This document shows, one piece after another, positions 1 to 9,788 of a DNA stretch of 64,000 nucleotides (within the stretch, counting starts at the first letter, position 1; the number at the start of each line of letters is the position of its first letter). The position numbers and the translations under genes were made by a program. Source of the DNA: Pseudomonadota bacterium (lineage in GTDB: Bacteria; Pseudomonadota; Alphaproteobacteria; RF32; CAG-239); assembly GCA_918234285.1 (NCBI GenBank), contig CAKJXZ020000030.1, positions 59,932 to 123,931 on the forward strand, in the 5' to 3' direction. The notes below the pieces were generated by a model, which saw only the letters and a list, made by a program, of their open reading frames with translations, had not been told where the DNA came from and did not search any database.

Positions 1-1
1 A

Positions 2-733
2 CAATATCTCGACCGATTCGGCTTTGATTTCCTGTTGCTTTCCGGATTTCATAACCTGACCGCTGCACATTCCGGTTTGCAACGCATAGAGGCAGTCGTA
101 CCGATGTTGCAACACTTAAAACAGCTTAATCCGCACGGAATTATTCATCTGGAATTGGCCTCAACTCAAGACAAAGCCGTACGCACCGCTATTTTGCAAA
201 AGCTGGCCCCGCTTGCCGATTCGCTCGGAATGAACGAGCGCGAAGCCCTGGATGCGCTGGAAATTTGCTCCCCGCAAATGTATGCCGACATACGGCGCAA
301 ACCTCTGAGCGCTCCGTTGTTACTCGAAATTTTGCAAACTCTTAAACTCAAGTTGCAAACACCGCGCATGCAATTGCACTTTTTAGGAATGTATCTGACT
401 TTGCAGAATAAACAATTCGTCATAACTCCCGAACAAAACCGGCGCGGAATGATGTTGGCAGCAACAATTGCCGCAGCCAAGGCCGGTTTGGGTAATATTG
501 AAAAGCACGACAATTTATTGTGGGCGCACGGCCGATACATCGATGATAAAGCAACAGAAAATCTGGATATGTTGGCAAAATATCTGCACAATTCCGATTT
601 TGCATTGAACGGTCTGGCTTCTTTGGGCGATTTTGACCTGATTGCCGTACCGACGATTCTGATAGATAAACCGCTGACTCTGGTCGGTATGGGCGATACG
701 ATTTCTTCGGTTTCGCTCGTCGGTGCACGCTAA
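2..733 (+). CDS. ADP-dependent glucokinase/phosphofructokinase family protein (5' end outside window)
   Basis: Frame open from the window edge; motifs SGFH, IHLELAS, DSLGMNERE and C-terminal VGMGDTISS match the ADP-GK/PFK family. Confidence 0.8.
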   Translation, partial: QYLDRFGFDFLLLSGFHNLTAAHSGLQRIEAVVPMLQHLKQLNPHGIIHLELASTQDKAVRTAILQKLAPLADSLGMNEREALDALEICSPQMYADIRRKPLSAPLLLEILQTLKLKLQTPRMQLHFLGMYLTLQNKQFVITPEQNRRGMMLAATIAAAKAGLGNIEKHDNLLWAHGRYIDDKATENLDMLAKYLHNSDFALNGLASLGDFDLIAVPTILIDKPLTLVGMGDTISSVSLVGAR

Positions 734-835
734 AAACAAAAGTATTGCTTCATTACATAAAAAACACTTGCTTTTTCAAAAGATTCTGTGTATAAACTTT
801 TCACAATGAAAAAGTTTAACAATAAGGTGTAAAAA

Positions 836-1309
836 ATGGCTAGAGTAACAGTTGAAGATTGTATTGATAAACTTCCGAATCGTTATGAATTGGTTTTGGT
901 TGCGGCACAACGCGCCAAAGATATTTCCGCCGGTTCCATGATAACGGTTGACCGCGATAACGATAAAAACTCCGTGGTTGCTTTGCGTGAAATATCCGAA
1001 AACCGCGTAAGTATTGAAGATTTGCAGGAATCCTTGGTTAAAAACCAACAAAAATTGGTTGAAATTCAAGAGCCGGAAGATGAAGAAGTTGAGATTATTT
1101 CGGCAGAAAAAGAACTGGCTGCTTTGGATTCTCAATTCTCCAGCGATATGATCAGCGATGAAGATTTAAACAATGTTATGCAAATCCATGACGGCAGCGA
1201 CGATGACGATAATCTGGACCTGGATGCCGACGTTGATGATATTGATTTTGACGACGGTGCCGATTTCGGAGATGAGTCGTACGACGAAGATATGGATGAT
1301 TTAGATTAA
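836..1309 (+). CDS. rpoZ: RNA polymerase omega subunit
   Basis: MARVTVEDC...NRYELVLVAAQRA...DNDKNSVVALREI, acidic tail, upstream of spoT. Confidence 0.97.
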   Translation: MARVTVEDCIDKLPNRYELVLVAAQRAKDISAGSMITVDRDNDKNSVVALREISENRVSIEDLQESLVKNQQKLVEIQEPEDEEVEIISAEKELAALDSQFSSDMISDEDLNNVMQIHDGSDDDDNLDLDADVDDIDFDDGADFGDESYDEDMDDLD

Positions 1310-1333
1310 AAATTAGCAAATTTAACTTTTATT

Positions 1334-1376
1334 AAAGCAAAACATATTATATAAGTATAGTATGTTTTGCTTTTTT
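1334..1376 (+). terminator. Stem-loop with T-run between rpoZ and spoT
   Basis: aaagcaaaacatattata-taag-tatagtatgttttgcttt followed by Ts. Confidence 0.55.
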
Positions 1377-1392
1377 ATTTAAGGATAACGAT

Positions 1393-3534
1393 ATGCTGCG
1401 GCAATATGAACTGGTGGATTTGGTAAAGTCTTACGATCCGTACGCGGACGAAGATGCGCTTAATCGCGCCTACGTTTTTGCCTTAAAAAAACACGGCTCG
1501 CAATTGCGTACTTCCGGCGACCCTTATTATTCGCACCCGATTGAAGTTGCCGGTATTCTGACTAAATATAAACTGGATTCGGCTTCCATTATTGCCGCCC
1601 TTTTGCACGACACGGTAGAAGATACCGACACCACTCTCGACGAAATCAAAGAACTGTTCGGAGACCAAGTGGCTCAACTGGTTGACGGTCTGACCAAACT
1701 CGCCATGCTTGAACATAAATCCGGCTCCAGCAAACAGGCGGAAAACTTCCGCAAACTGCTACTCGCAATGTCGGAAGATATCCGTGTGTTACTGATTAAA
1801 CTGGCCGATCGTCTGCATAATATGCGCACTCTTAAGTTCTGCCCGCCGGAAAAACGTTCTCGTATTGCCCGCGAAACGCTCGATATTTATGCACCTCTGG
1901 CCGAGCGTATCGGTATGGAAGAACTTAAAGAGGAGATGGATGAAATCGCATTCGCCGAGCTCTATAAAGATGCTCACGATTCCATCGTTACGCGTCTGAA
2001 TTTCTTGCGCGAACAAGGCAACGACGTGGTGCCGAAAATCATTAAGCAACTCGAAAAAGATATGGAAGACAACGGTGTACACTGCACCATCACCGGTCGC
2101 GAAAAAGCGCCGTATTCCATCTGGCGCAAAATGCAGCTGAAAAATGCTTCATTTGAGCAATTATCCGACATTATGGCGTTTCGCATCTGCGTTGATACCG
2201 TGGCCGATTGCTATCAGGCGCTCGGCATAATCCATAGCAAATACCACATGGTGCCGCGCCGCTTTAAAGACTATATTTCCACCCCGAAACCGAACGGTTA
2301 TCAATCGTTGCATACCGGCGTTATCGGGCCGTTTGACGTACGAATTGAAGTGCAAATCCGTACCTATGAAATGCACGAAGTCAACGAAAAAGGTGTGGCC
2401 GCCCACTGGGCTTATAAACAGGGACAACACACCGAGGGCAAAAACTTCCGCTGGGTACGCGAATTGTTGGAAATTCTCGATCAGGCACAAAATCCGGACG
2501 AGTTTTTGGAAAACACTAAGCTCGAAATGTATAACGACCAGGTGTTTTGCTTTACGCCGAAAGGTGATTTAATCGGCTTGCCGGTCGGCTCAACACCGGT
2601 CGATTTTGCTTATGCCATTCACTCCAATGTCGGCAACACTTGCGTCGGTGCCAAGATTAACGGCGAAATCAAACCGTTGCGCACCATTTTGCAAAACGGT
2701 GACCAAGTCGAAGTTTTAACCGCTAAAAACCAGCACCCGTCGTTGGAATGGGATCGTTTCGTGGTTACGGGTAAAGCCAAAGCCGCCATCCGCCGCTATG
2801 TCCGCATCAATAAACGCGAACAATTTATCGCTCTCGGCAAAGAAATCGTCGATAAATTATTTAAGTCGGAAGACCAGGAATTTTCGGAAAAAGAACTGGT
2901 TAAATACCTCTCAAATTTTGAAGCGGAAACAGTTGATGACGTATATGCCAAAGTCGGCGAAGGTTTGGTTACCGGTTGGGATGTATTGCGAATTATGCAC
3001 CCGGCGTATCGCCAATCCAAACTGGAAAAAGTTGTCAGTGCGATTAAACTGCCGGTATTTAACAAAAAAGAAAAGAACAAAAAAGATTCGCTTAAAATCC
3101 GCGGACTTATCGACGGTATGGCAGTGCATTTTGCCGGATGTTGCCACCCGCTGCCGGGAGACAGAATCGTCGGTATCGTAACCACCGGCAAGGGCGTTAC
3201 CATCCACACCGTAGATTGTCCGTCGCTGCATAATTACGAAAACGAACCGGAACGCTGGCTCGATGTTGATTGGGGTCCTGATGCCGAACAGGAAAAGCAC
3301 GTAGCCCGTCTGAAGTTAATGCTCAGCAACGAACCGGGAGCTCTGGCCGAAGTGGCGAATATCGTAGCCAAGGCCGAAGCCAATATTATCAACTTGAATA
3401 TTACATATCGCACATTAAGTTATTTTGAAATACTGCTCGATATTGAAATTAAAAACGTTGAGCAGCTCAACAGCTTAATCTTAAGTATGCGTGCCGAAAA
3501 GCTCATCAGCTATGTCGCCCGCGCCAACAAATAG
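1393..3534 (+). CDS. spoT: Bifunctional (p)ppGpp synthetase/hydrolase (RSH)
   Basis: HD domain (LLHDTVED), KLADRLHNMRT, synthetase KPNGYQSLH, TGS and ACT domains. Confidence 0.97.
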   Translation: MLRQYELVDLVKSYDPYADEDALNRAYVFALKKHGSQLRTSGDPYYSHPIEVAGILTKYKLDSASIIAALLHDTVEDTDTTLDEIKELFGDQVAQLVDGLTKLAMLEHKSGSSKQAENFRKLLLAMSEDIRVLLIKLADRLHNMRTLKFCPPEKRSRIARETLDIYAPLAERIGMEELKEEMDEIAFAELYKDAHDSIVTRLNFLREQGNDVVPKIIKQLEKDMEDNGVHCTITGREKAPYSIWRKMQLKNASFEQLSDIMAFRICVDTVADCYQALGIIHSKYHMVPRRFKDYISTPKPNGYQSLHTGVIGPFDVRIEVQIRTYEMHEVNEKGVAAHWAYKQGQHTEGKNFRWVRELLEILDQAQNPDEFLENTKLEMYNDQVFCFTPKGDLIGLPVGSTPVDFAYAIHSNVGNTCVGAKINGEIKPLRTILQNGDQVEVLTAKNQHPSLEWDRFVVTGKAKAAIRRYVRINKREQFIALGKEIVDKLFKSEDQEFSEKELVKYLSNFEAETVDDVYAKVGEGLVTGWDVLRIMHPAYRQSKLEKVVSAIKLPVFNKKEKNKKDSLKIRGLIDGMAVHFAGCCHPLPGDRIVGIVTTGKGVTIHTVDCPSLHNYENEPERWLDVDWGPDAEQEKHVARLKLMLSNEPGALAEVANIVAKAEANIINLNITYRTLSYFEILLDIEIKNVEQLNSLILSMRAEKLISYVARANK

Positions 3535-3545
3535 AGAGGTTATGT

Positions 3546-4073
3546 ATGGAAAGCGTTAAAAGTTACTTTAACCGGTTGTTCAAAAAAATATTAATCCAGC
3601 TGAAAAGACTGCAGGGTACTCCTTATTCTATTGCCGCCGGATTTGCTTGCGGCGTGGCCATATCTTTTACGCCGTTCATCGGTTTCCACCTGATTCTGGC
3701 AGCAATCACTGCCTGGATTATCCGCGGCAACGTCGTATCTTCCGCCATCGGCACCCTCATCGGCAACCCGTGGACTTTCCCGTTTATTTGGATTGCCGTA
3801 CTTTCTACCGGACGATTTTTTTTGGGTGATATCGCACCTGCTGACCATGTTAATTTCATCAGAATTTTTGAATCGGCGGGTCGTGCCCTGCTAACCTTGA
3901 ATTTCAGCCACTTCGGACGCGATGTCTGGCCGATTTTCTTTCCGATGTTGATAGGTTGCATACCATATTACATAATATCGTGGTTTGTTTCGTTTAAGGT
4001 TATAAAAGTAACCCTGGATAAAATCGCGCAAAGACGTGCACAACGCAGAGCAAAACAAGGAGAAGCAAAATGA
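3546..4073 (+). CDS. DUF2062 family membrane protein
   Basis: TPYSIAAGFACGVAISFTPFIGFH...GNPWTFP; usual neighbour of spoT. Confidence 0.85.
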   Translation: MESVKSYFNRLFKKILIQLKRLQGTPYSIAAGFACGVAISFTPFIGFHLILAAITAWIIRGNVVSSAIGTLIGNPWTFPFIWIAVLSTGRFFLGDIAPADHVNFIRIFESAGRALLTLNFSHFGRDVWPIFFPMLIGCIPYYIISWFVSFKVIKVTLDKIAQRRAQRRAKQGEAK

Positions 4074-4462
4074 TTGTAGGATTGGGAAACGATATCGTAA
4101 ATATTGAACGTTTACAAAATTCCGACGATTATCTGCAACACTTTGCCGCCCGCATTTTAGGCAGCGACGAACAGGCAGAGATTAAAAAGAACGGCATGGC
4201 TAAAGACCCGCGCTTCCGCGAGTTGCTGGCAAAATATTATGCCGGCAAGGAGGCTTTTGCCAAAGCACTCGGCACCGGTTTTCGCGACGGTATTTTCTTC
4301 CGCGATATCCAGATTTTACACAACGAATTGGGCAAACCAATGCTCAAAATCAGCGGCACCGCTAATAAGTATTTGCAAAAATTAACCGCCAATCCACGTC
4401 TGCATATAACCTTAAGCGACGATATGCCGTTTGCCTTTGCCGTGGTGATTATCGAAGGATAA
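4070..4462 (+). CDS. acpS: Holo-ACP synthase
   Basis: MIVGLGNDIV...AGKEAFAKALGTG...GKP...ITLSDD. Confidence 0.93.
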   Translation: MIVGLGNDIVNIERLQNSDDYLQHFAARILGSDEQAEIKKNGMAKDPRFRELLAKYYAGKEAFAKALGTGFRDGIFFRDIQILHNELGKPMLKISGTANKYLQKLTANPRLHITLSDDMPFAFAVVIIEG

Positions 4463-4479
4463 ACCCCGCACAGCTTCAC

Positions 4480-4824
4480 TAAAAATCCGCAGAATGTAGT
4501 AAGTACGCAATAAGCGCTGGCGCAGTGTACAAGATAGTACTCCCTTAAAAATCCGTAGAATGAGTCAGATGAGTAGTACTTTTTTGACGACGTGTACACA
4601 AATAGTACACAAATAATCCGGCACTGCCTCGCCAAAACTCGGATAATGAGTCAGATGCGCCGTGCCTTTTTTGACGACGTGTACAAAAGAAGTACACAAA
4701 TAATCCGGCACTGCCTCGCCAAAACTCGGATAATGAGTCAGATGCGCCGTGCTTTTTTGACGACGTGTACACAAATAGTACACGAGGAAAAAAAGCACAA
4801 GCAGCTGACCATTAGACGAGTTTT
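4480..4824. repeat. Tandem array of left-arm copies of a palindromic element, ending in one complete ~104-bp palindrome
   Basis: Units start at ~4480 (degenerate), 4546, 4634 and 4721 (87-bp period for the last two); the last unit folds aaaactcg/cgagtttt, gtcag/ctgac, gtgctttttt/aaaaaagcac, gtgtac/gtacac. Confidence 0.9.
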
Positions 4825-4826
4825 AA

Positions 4827-5420
4827 TTATATTTCTTTGCGGGCGGACAAGGCAAGCTGTATAGTCCCATCATCCATATAATCCAGCTCCCCGCCCAGAG
4901 GAAGCCCTTGGGCAAGTGTGGTAACTTTTACCGGATATTCTTTTAAGCGGGAGAGAAGGTAGTGATTGGTTATTTGGCCGTCAATGGTGGCCGGTAAGGC
5001 CAGAATAACCTCTTGAATGCGGCTGCCGTTCAGACGCAAAAACAGAGATTCAATATTCAAATCCTCGGGGGTAATACCATCCAAAGCCGAGAGAATACCG
5101 CCCAAAACATGGTATTGACCGCGATATATACCTGCACGCTCCATCGCCCATAAATCAGCCACATCCTGCACCACACAAATTGTTTCGACATCGCGCCCCG
5201 CATCGGCACAAATCGAACACGGCTCCTCGGTGTCAAAATTCCCGCAAATCGGACATTTTTTAATGTTGTCGGCCACATTTTGCAAAGCGGTAATCAGCGG
5301 CAGCAAAGACGTGTCTTTCTTTTTGAGTAAATGCAGAACAATGCGCCGTGCCGACCTGGCGCCCAATGCCGGCAATTTAGCTATCAGTTTGGTAAGTTGT
5401 TCGATATCGTTGCCTTGCAA
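4827..5420 (-). CDS. recR: Recombination mediator RecR
   Basis: HhH (LPALGARSA), C4 zinc finger, Toprim, GLPLGGELDYMD. Confidence 0.97.
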   Translation of the reverse strand: MQGNDIEQLTKLIAKLPALGARSARRIVLHLLKKKDTSLLPLITALQNVADNIKKCPICGNFDTEEPCSICADAGRDVETICVVQDVADLWAMERAGIYRGQYHVLGGILSALDGITPEDLNIESLFLRLNGSRIQEVILALPATIDGQITNHYLLSRLKEYPVKVTTLAQGLPLGGELDYMDDGTIQLALSARKEI

Positions 5421-5430
5421 TTTTCAATAC

Positions 5431-5751
5431 CTAAAAAGGAAGTTTCAAACCGCCCAGACCGACACCGTTAGTGGCCTCTTTCATGCCTTCGCTCATCATT
5501 TCATCGACTTTTTGGTGTGCATCGTTATACGCCGCCAAAATAAGATCTTCCAAAACATCAACTTCTTCGGCATTAATCAATGACTTGTCAATGTTCAAAC
5601 TCTTCATTTCCGATTTACCGTTCAGCACAACCTTTACCAAACCGCCGCCGGAAGTGCCTTCACGCTCTTCCTGACCGAGTTTGGCCTGTGTTTCCTGCAT
5701 TTTGCGTTGCATTTGCTGTGCTTGTTTCATAATTCCCTGAATATTCAACAT
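5431..5751 (-). CDS. ybaB: YbaB/EbfC nucleoid-associated protein
   Basis: MKQAQQMQ...SGGGLVKV...LEDLILAAYNDA; lies between dnaX and recR. Confidence 0.95.
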   Translation of the reverse strand: MLNIQGIMKQAQQMQRKMQETQAKLGQEEREGTSGGGLVKVVLNGKSEMKSLNIDKSLINAEEVDVLEDLILAAYNDAHQKVDEMMSEGMKEATNGVGLGGLKLPF

Positions 5752-5754
5752 TTT

Positions 5755-7428
5755 TTAATCCTCATAATTTTCCGTTATTGTTTCTTCCGCCACAAGTTCT
5801 GTCGGCTCCTCATCTTCTGCTTCCTCGGCTTGTCTGCGAATAATTGTTTCTATTTTAGCACCCGAAAACTCATCAAGTATAGCCTTTACCAAAGGATATT
5901 CAGAGATATTTTTCTTATCTCGATTTAACTCCTTTGCTTCTAAAAAAGCTAATGTTTCTCCGAGCGGCTCATAATCTATATCGATTTTCCACGGCGCACC
6001 CGTTTCTTTTTCCAAAAACGTACGGAAATTGAACACCAGATTTTTATCGGCTTTTTCCGAAACGGCAATATGGATATGCCCGTGCTCAAACGATTTGAAA
6101 GATACATCGTTTTTAATAGCATACATTAACATCGGTACTTTTTTGGCCGTCATAAGCGTTAATAAATCTGCGGTATTTTCCAACACAATACCGCCGGCTT
6201 CCGTATCTCCGAAAGTTGTTTCATTGCCGACCGCACCGCCGTTTGCGCTATTTTTCAGTTTTGATTTTTTTTTTAATTCCTCAAGCAAGGCTGCCGGAGT
6301 AGGAAGCGAGGCCGAATAGGCAATCCGTATCAATATCATCTCCAGCGCGTCAATCTGCACCGCGGCATATTGCAACTCGCTCAATCCCTTAATCAGCATC
6401 TGCCATATTTTGGAGAGTATAGCTATAGGCGCCGAGCTCAGTTTTTTACACATTTCACGGTCGGTTTCGCTCAAAGAAGCATCGTTGATAAACTCCGGCA
6501 AAACCTTAACTTTGGCAATTAAATGCGTAATCTCGATTAAATCCTGCAACACCAGCATCGGTGTCGCACCGTTGGTATATAAGGTCTGCAGAGTTTGCAA
6601 CACACCAGCCACATCACCGGCCAACAACTTCTCATAAAGCTCGCCGCTCTGCTGTCTGTCGGCCAAACCCAACATATTTTTCACCGTCTCGGCTAGAACT
6701 TTACCGTCACCCAACACAATTGCCTGATCCAACATGGAAAGTCCGTCACGTGCCGAACCATCGGCCGCCCGAGCCACTGTATGCAAAGCTTCTTCTTCAA
6801 ATTCAACTTTTTCCGCCGTTAAAACTTTGCGAAAAAGCGTAACCAATGTTTCTATACTCAAACGTTGCAAATCAAAACGTTGACAGCGCGACAAAATAGT
6901 GACCGGAACTTTGCGAATTTCGGTGGTAGCAAAAATAAACTTAACATGCGCCGGCGGTTCTTCCAACGTCTTCAACAGCGCGTTGAACGCACTTTTGGAG
7001 AGCATGTGCACCTCGTCGATTATATAAACTTTATAACGGGCACTCACCGGCTTATAGCGTATGCCGTCCAAAATCTCACGCATATCGTCAACACCGGTTT
7101 TGGAGGCAGCATCCAATTCAATAACGTCAATATGTCTGTCGGCCGCAATGGCTTTGCAATTTTCGCATTCGCCGCACGGATGAATGGTAGGCCCGCCGTT
7201 GCCGTCCGGACCGATACAGTTTATTGCCCGGGCGATTAAGCGCGCGGTAGTGGTTTTGCCGACACCGCGGATACCGGTTAAGATATACGCATGATGCAAA
7301 TGATTGTTTTTAATGGCGTTGGTTAAAGTCTGCACCAAAGCATCTTGCCCGAGCAAATCTTCAAAATTTTGCGGACGATATTTGCGTGCCAAAGCAACAT
7401 ACTGATTATTTTCGTTTAACTCTGCCAT
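5755..7428 (-). CDS. dnaX: DNA polymerase III subunit gamma/tau
   Basis: ARKYRPQ, GIRGVGKTT, IIDEVHML, SRC motif. Confidence 0.97.
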   Translation of the reverse strand: MAELNENNQYVALARKYRPQNFEDLLGQDALVQTLTNAIKNNHLHHAYILTGIRGVGKTTTARLIARAINCIGPDGNGGPTIHPCGECENCKAIAADRHIDVIELDAASKTGVDDMREILDGIRYKPVSARYKVYIIDEVHMLSKSAFNALLKTLEEPPAHVKFIFATTEIRKVPVTILSRCQRFDLQRLSIETLVTLFRKVLTAEKVEFEEEALHTVARAADGSARDGLSMLDQAIVLGDGKVLAETVKNMLGLADRQQSGELYEKLLAGDVAGVLQTLQTLYTNGATPMLVLQDLIEITHLIAKVKVLPEFINDASLSETDREMCKKLSSAPIAILSKIWQMLIKGLSELQYAAVQIDALEMILIRIAYSASLPTPAALLEELKKKSKLKNSANGGAVGNETTFGDTEAGGIVLENTADLLTLMTAKKVPMLMYAIKNDVSFKSFEHGHIHIAVSEKADKNLVFNFRTFLEKETGAPWKIDIDYEPLGETLAFLEAKELNRDKKNISEYPLVKAILDEFSGAKIETIIRRQAEEAEDEEPTELVAEETITENYED

Positions 7429-7444
7429 TTTTCTTTCTTTGATT

Positions 7445-7538
7445 GAAGGCGAAGGGACTCAGACCTCACGCTCATCGTTACGGCTGCTTCCTTCCGAACC
7501 TGACCGAGTTGGCGAAAGCGTAACCCCGAGCCCTTCAT
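7445..7538 (-). ncRNA. ffs: Small bacterial SRP RNA (4.5S)
   Basis: Minus strand gaagggctc...ggtcaggttcggaaggaagcagcc...gagtcccttc; canonical position upstream of dnaX. Confidence 0.92.
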
Positions 7539-7617
7539 AAAACTCCTTTATATAATGCTTTAAACCGGCGTTTTTGCAAGCAAAAAAATTCACTTATCAG
7601 CCGAACCAAAGCACATT

Positions 7618-8874
7618 TTATAACCCGGACGGCGCACTGCCTACTATTCGCGGCATCATAACATAGGCACCGTTATCGTAGCTTTCGTATGCCGTCGGAT
7701 AGCCGTAAAATTGCTGCGGTGCGTATTCGGCCACATATTTACCGCCGGCCGAAACTTTTACCACATCCAAACCGTGTTCGTTTAAACCGTTGGCAAAAAT
7801 TCTGAATGCGCCGCTCATACCGTTATACCCTTCCGGACGCTCGATTTGCTCGTATAAATTGCCGCCCTGACGCGCCAACATCGAAGCCAGAGCCACCGCA
7901 TCATAAGCAAAAATGCTCAATCCGCTCGGACGTTCGCCGAACAAATCATTATATTTTTGCGCAAATTTCGATTGATTTTTCAATGACATAACCGGATATG
8001 CCGCACCGTAAAGCTCTGTTTCTTTATTAAGCGAGCTGCTGTCCCAAACTGAAGTACCCATAAACAGAACATCCGGGGCCGATACGTCATAATAACTGAA
8101 CATCGAAGAAATCGCCTTCAAGCGATTACCGGTTTCCGGAATCAGCAACGCGTCAAAATCAACTCCGCCGCTTTTCATTTGCGTAACCAGGCTCGTAAAT
8201 TCCATACTGTTCGGTTCATAAAACCCGACCTTTACCACACTTACGCCCTGTTTCTGCGCCGCTTTCACCAGCGAGCGATACATATTTGCCCCATTTTGAT
8301 TATTCGGGAACACCGCAGCCATTCTGGACCTACCGTTATCAGCCGCGTATTTTACGATTCGGCTGACTTGATTATCCTGCAACAAACCAATGGAATAAAT
8401 CCCTTCTTGCAACACGTTCGGCGAGGTAGAAAAGCTGATAACCGGCACATCTTTGGATTTGGCTTCGGCGCTTATCGCCGCTACTTCGTCACTTCTCAAC
8501 GGGCCTAAAATCAGCTCGCTGTCGGCATTAAGCGCATTTTCAAGGGCAATTCGCGCCCCGCTGCCGGTACCTTTGGTATCATAAAACTGCACCACCAGAT
8601 TATTATTATTAATGTCGCCGATAGCCATCATTGCCGCATTTTTAAGACTCTTACCCATAGCCTCATCGGCGCCGCTCAAAGGCAACAACATCGCCACGCG
8701 GAAACTTCCTTCTCCGCCCAAATCAACTTGCGAATAATCTGTTGTTTCGACAATATCCATCGATTTTTGGTCCGGCAAATAGCGGTACGACGGCCGATAA
8801 AACGGCGTACGCTGCCACAGTGAGCAACTGCATACCAAAAATGCCGTAAAAAACAGACTAATTTTTTTAAACAC
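7618..8874 (-). CDS. LpoA/LppC-like lipoprotein (penicillin-binding protein activator, periplasmic binding fold)
   Basis: Lipobox-like LVCSC, VAMLLPLSG, ILGPL, AYDA; divergent from rsmI as in other alphaproteobacteria. Confidence 0.8.
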   Translation of the reverse strand: MFKKISLFFTAFLVCSCSLWQRTPFYRPSYRYLPDQKSMDIVETTDYSQVDLGGEGSFRVAMLLPLSGADEAMGKSLKNAAMMAIGDINNNNLVVQFYDTKGTGSGARIALENALNADSELILGPLRSDEVAAISAEAKSKDVPVISFSTSPNVLQEGIYSIGLLQDNQVSRIVKYAADNGRSRMAAVFPNNQNGANMYRSLVKAAQKQGVSVVKVGFYEPNSMEFTSLVTQMKSGGVDFDALLIPETGNRLKAISSMFSYYDVSAPDVLFMGTSVWDSSSLNKETELYGAAYPVMSLKNQSKFAQKYNDLFGERPSGLSIFAYDAVALASMLARQGGNLYEQIERPEGYNGMSGAFRIFANGLNEHGLDVVKVSAGGKYVAEYAPQQFYGYPTAYESYDNGAYVMMPRIVGSAPSGL

Positions 8875-8954
8875 TTGCTTTTTTCCTCAAAATATCAAAC
8901 AATACATATCTAATAATTCCAAATAATCTTTTTGTAAAGTCAAAGTTTAATAAA

Positions 8955-9788
8955 ATGTTAAGAAACGGATTATATATCATCGCCACCCCCATCGGCAACC
9001 TCAAAGATATTTCGCCGCGCGCCGCGGAAATATTAAGCGAGGCCGATATTATCGCCTGTGAAGACACCCGTGTTTCCAAAAAACTTTTTTCGCTTTTGGG
9101 GATACCGCTCAACAAAAAATTCATCAAATACGAAGACCACACGGAGGCCATGCAAGCGCAGAATCTGATTGACGCCATCAACGAAGGTGCGGCGATTGCG
9201 CTGATTTCCGATGCCGGTTCGCCGCTGATTTCCGACCCCGGCTATAAACTGGTACGCAAATGCCGCGAACAAGATGTATATGTTACGGCCGTACCGGGAG
9301 CCTGTGCCGTAATCACGGCCTTGCAGCTTTCCGGACTGCCGACCAACCGTTTTATGTTTGCCGGTTTTATCCCCAACAAAGACAAGGCTCGTGCCGATTT
9401 GTTCAACGAACTGAAAAACATTGATACGACTTTGGTGTTTTATGAAACCGCACCGCGACTTTTGAAAACTTTGGAACAAGTCGCGCTGATTTTTGCCGGC
9501 CGCGAAATTTCGGTGGCGCGCGAACTGACCAAAATGTATGAAGAAGTTGTCGGCGGCGATATTGCCAAAGTAAGCGAATATTTTACGAATAACGAGCCGC
9601 GCGGCGAATTTGTGCTGATGGTAGCACCGCCGCCGGCCGTTGAACATACCGCGATTGACATCCGGCCGCTATTACAAAAACGCCTCCAAGAAACTTCGCT
9701 CAAAACCGCCGTTAAAGAAATCTGCGCACAGTACGGACTCAATAAAAACGAAGTCTACGCGCTGGCTTTGGAGCTCAAAGATGAATAA
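8955..9788 (+). CDS. rsmI: 16S rRNA C1402 2'-O-methyltransferase
   Basis: LYIIATPIGNL, CEDTR, SDAGSPLISDPG, RELTKMYEE. Confidence 0.96.
   Translation: MLRNGLYIIATPIGNLKDISPRAAEILSEADIIACEDTRVSKKLFSLLGIPLNKKFIKYEDHTEAMQAQNLIDAINEGAAIALISDAGSPLISDPGYKLVRKCREQDVYVTAVPGACAVITALQLSGLPTNRFMFAGFIPNKDKARADLFNELKNIDTTLVFYETAPRLLKTLEQVALIFAGREISVARELTKMYEEVVGGDIAKVSEYFTNNEPRGEFVLMVAPPPAVEHTAIDIRPLLQKRLQETSLKTAVKEICAQYGLNKNEVYALALELKDE

Noticed and set aside
1130-1309. Acidic tail of RpoZ as a novelty
   Set aside because: Acidic C-terminal extensions are usual in alphaproteobacterial omega subunits.
4480-4824. CRISPR array
   Set aside because: The linkers are identical rather than unique spacers, the repeated part is ~64 bp, and no cas genes are present.
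4545-4864. Short ORFs with duplicated peptides
   Set aside because: They are translations of the non-coding tandem repeat.
9640-9780. Longer N-terminus for YraN
   Set aside because: It lies within rsmI; ATG 9781 gives the normal length.
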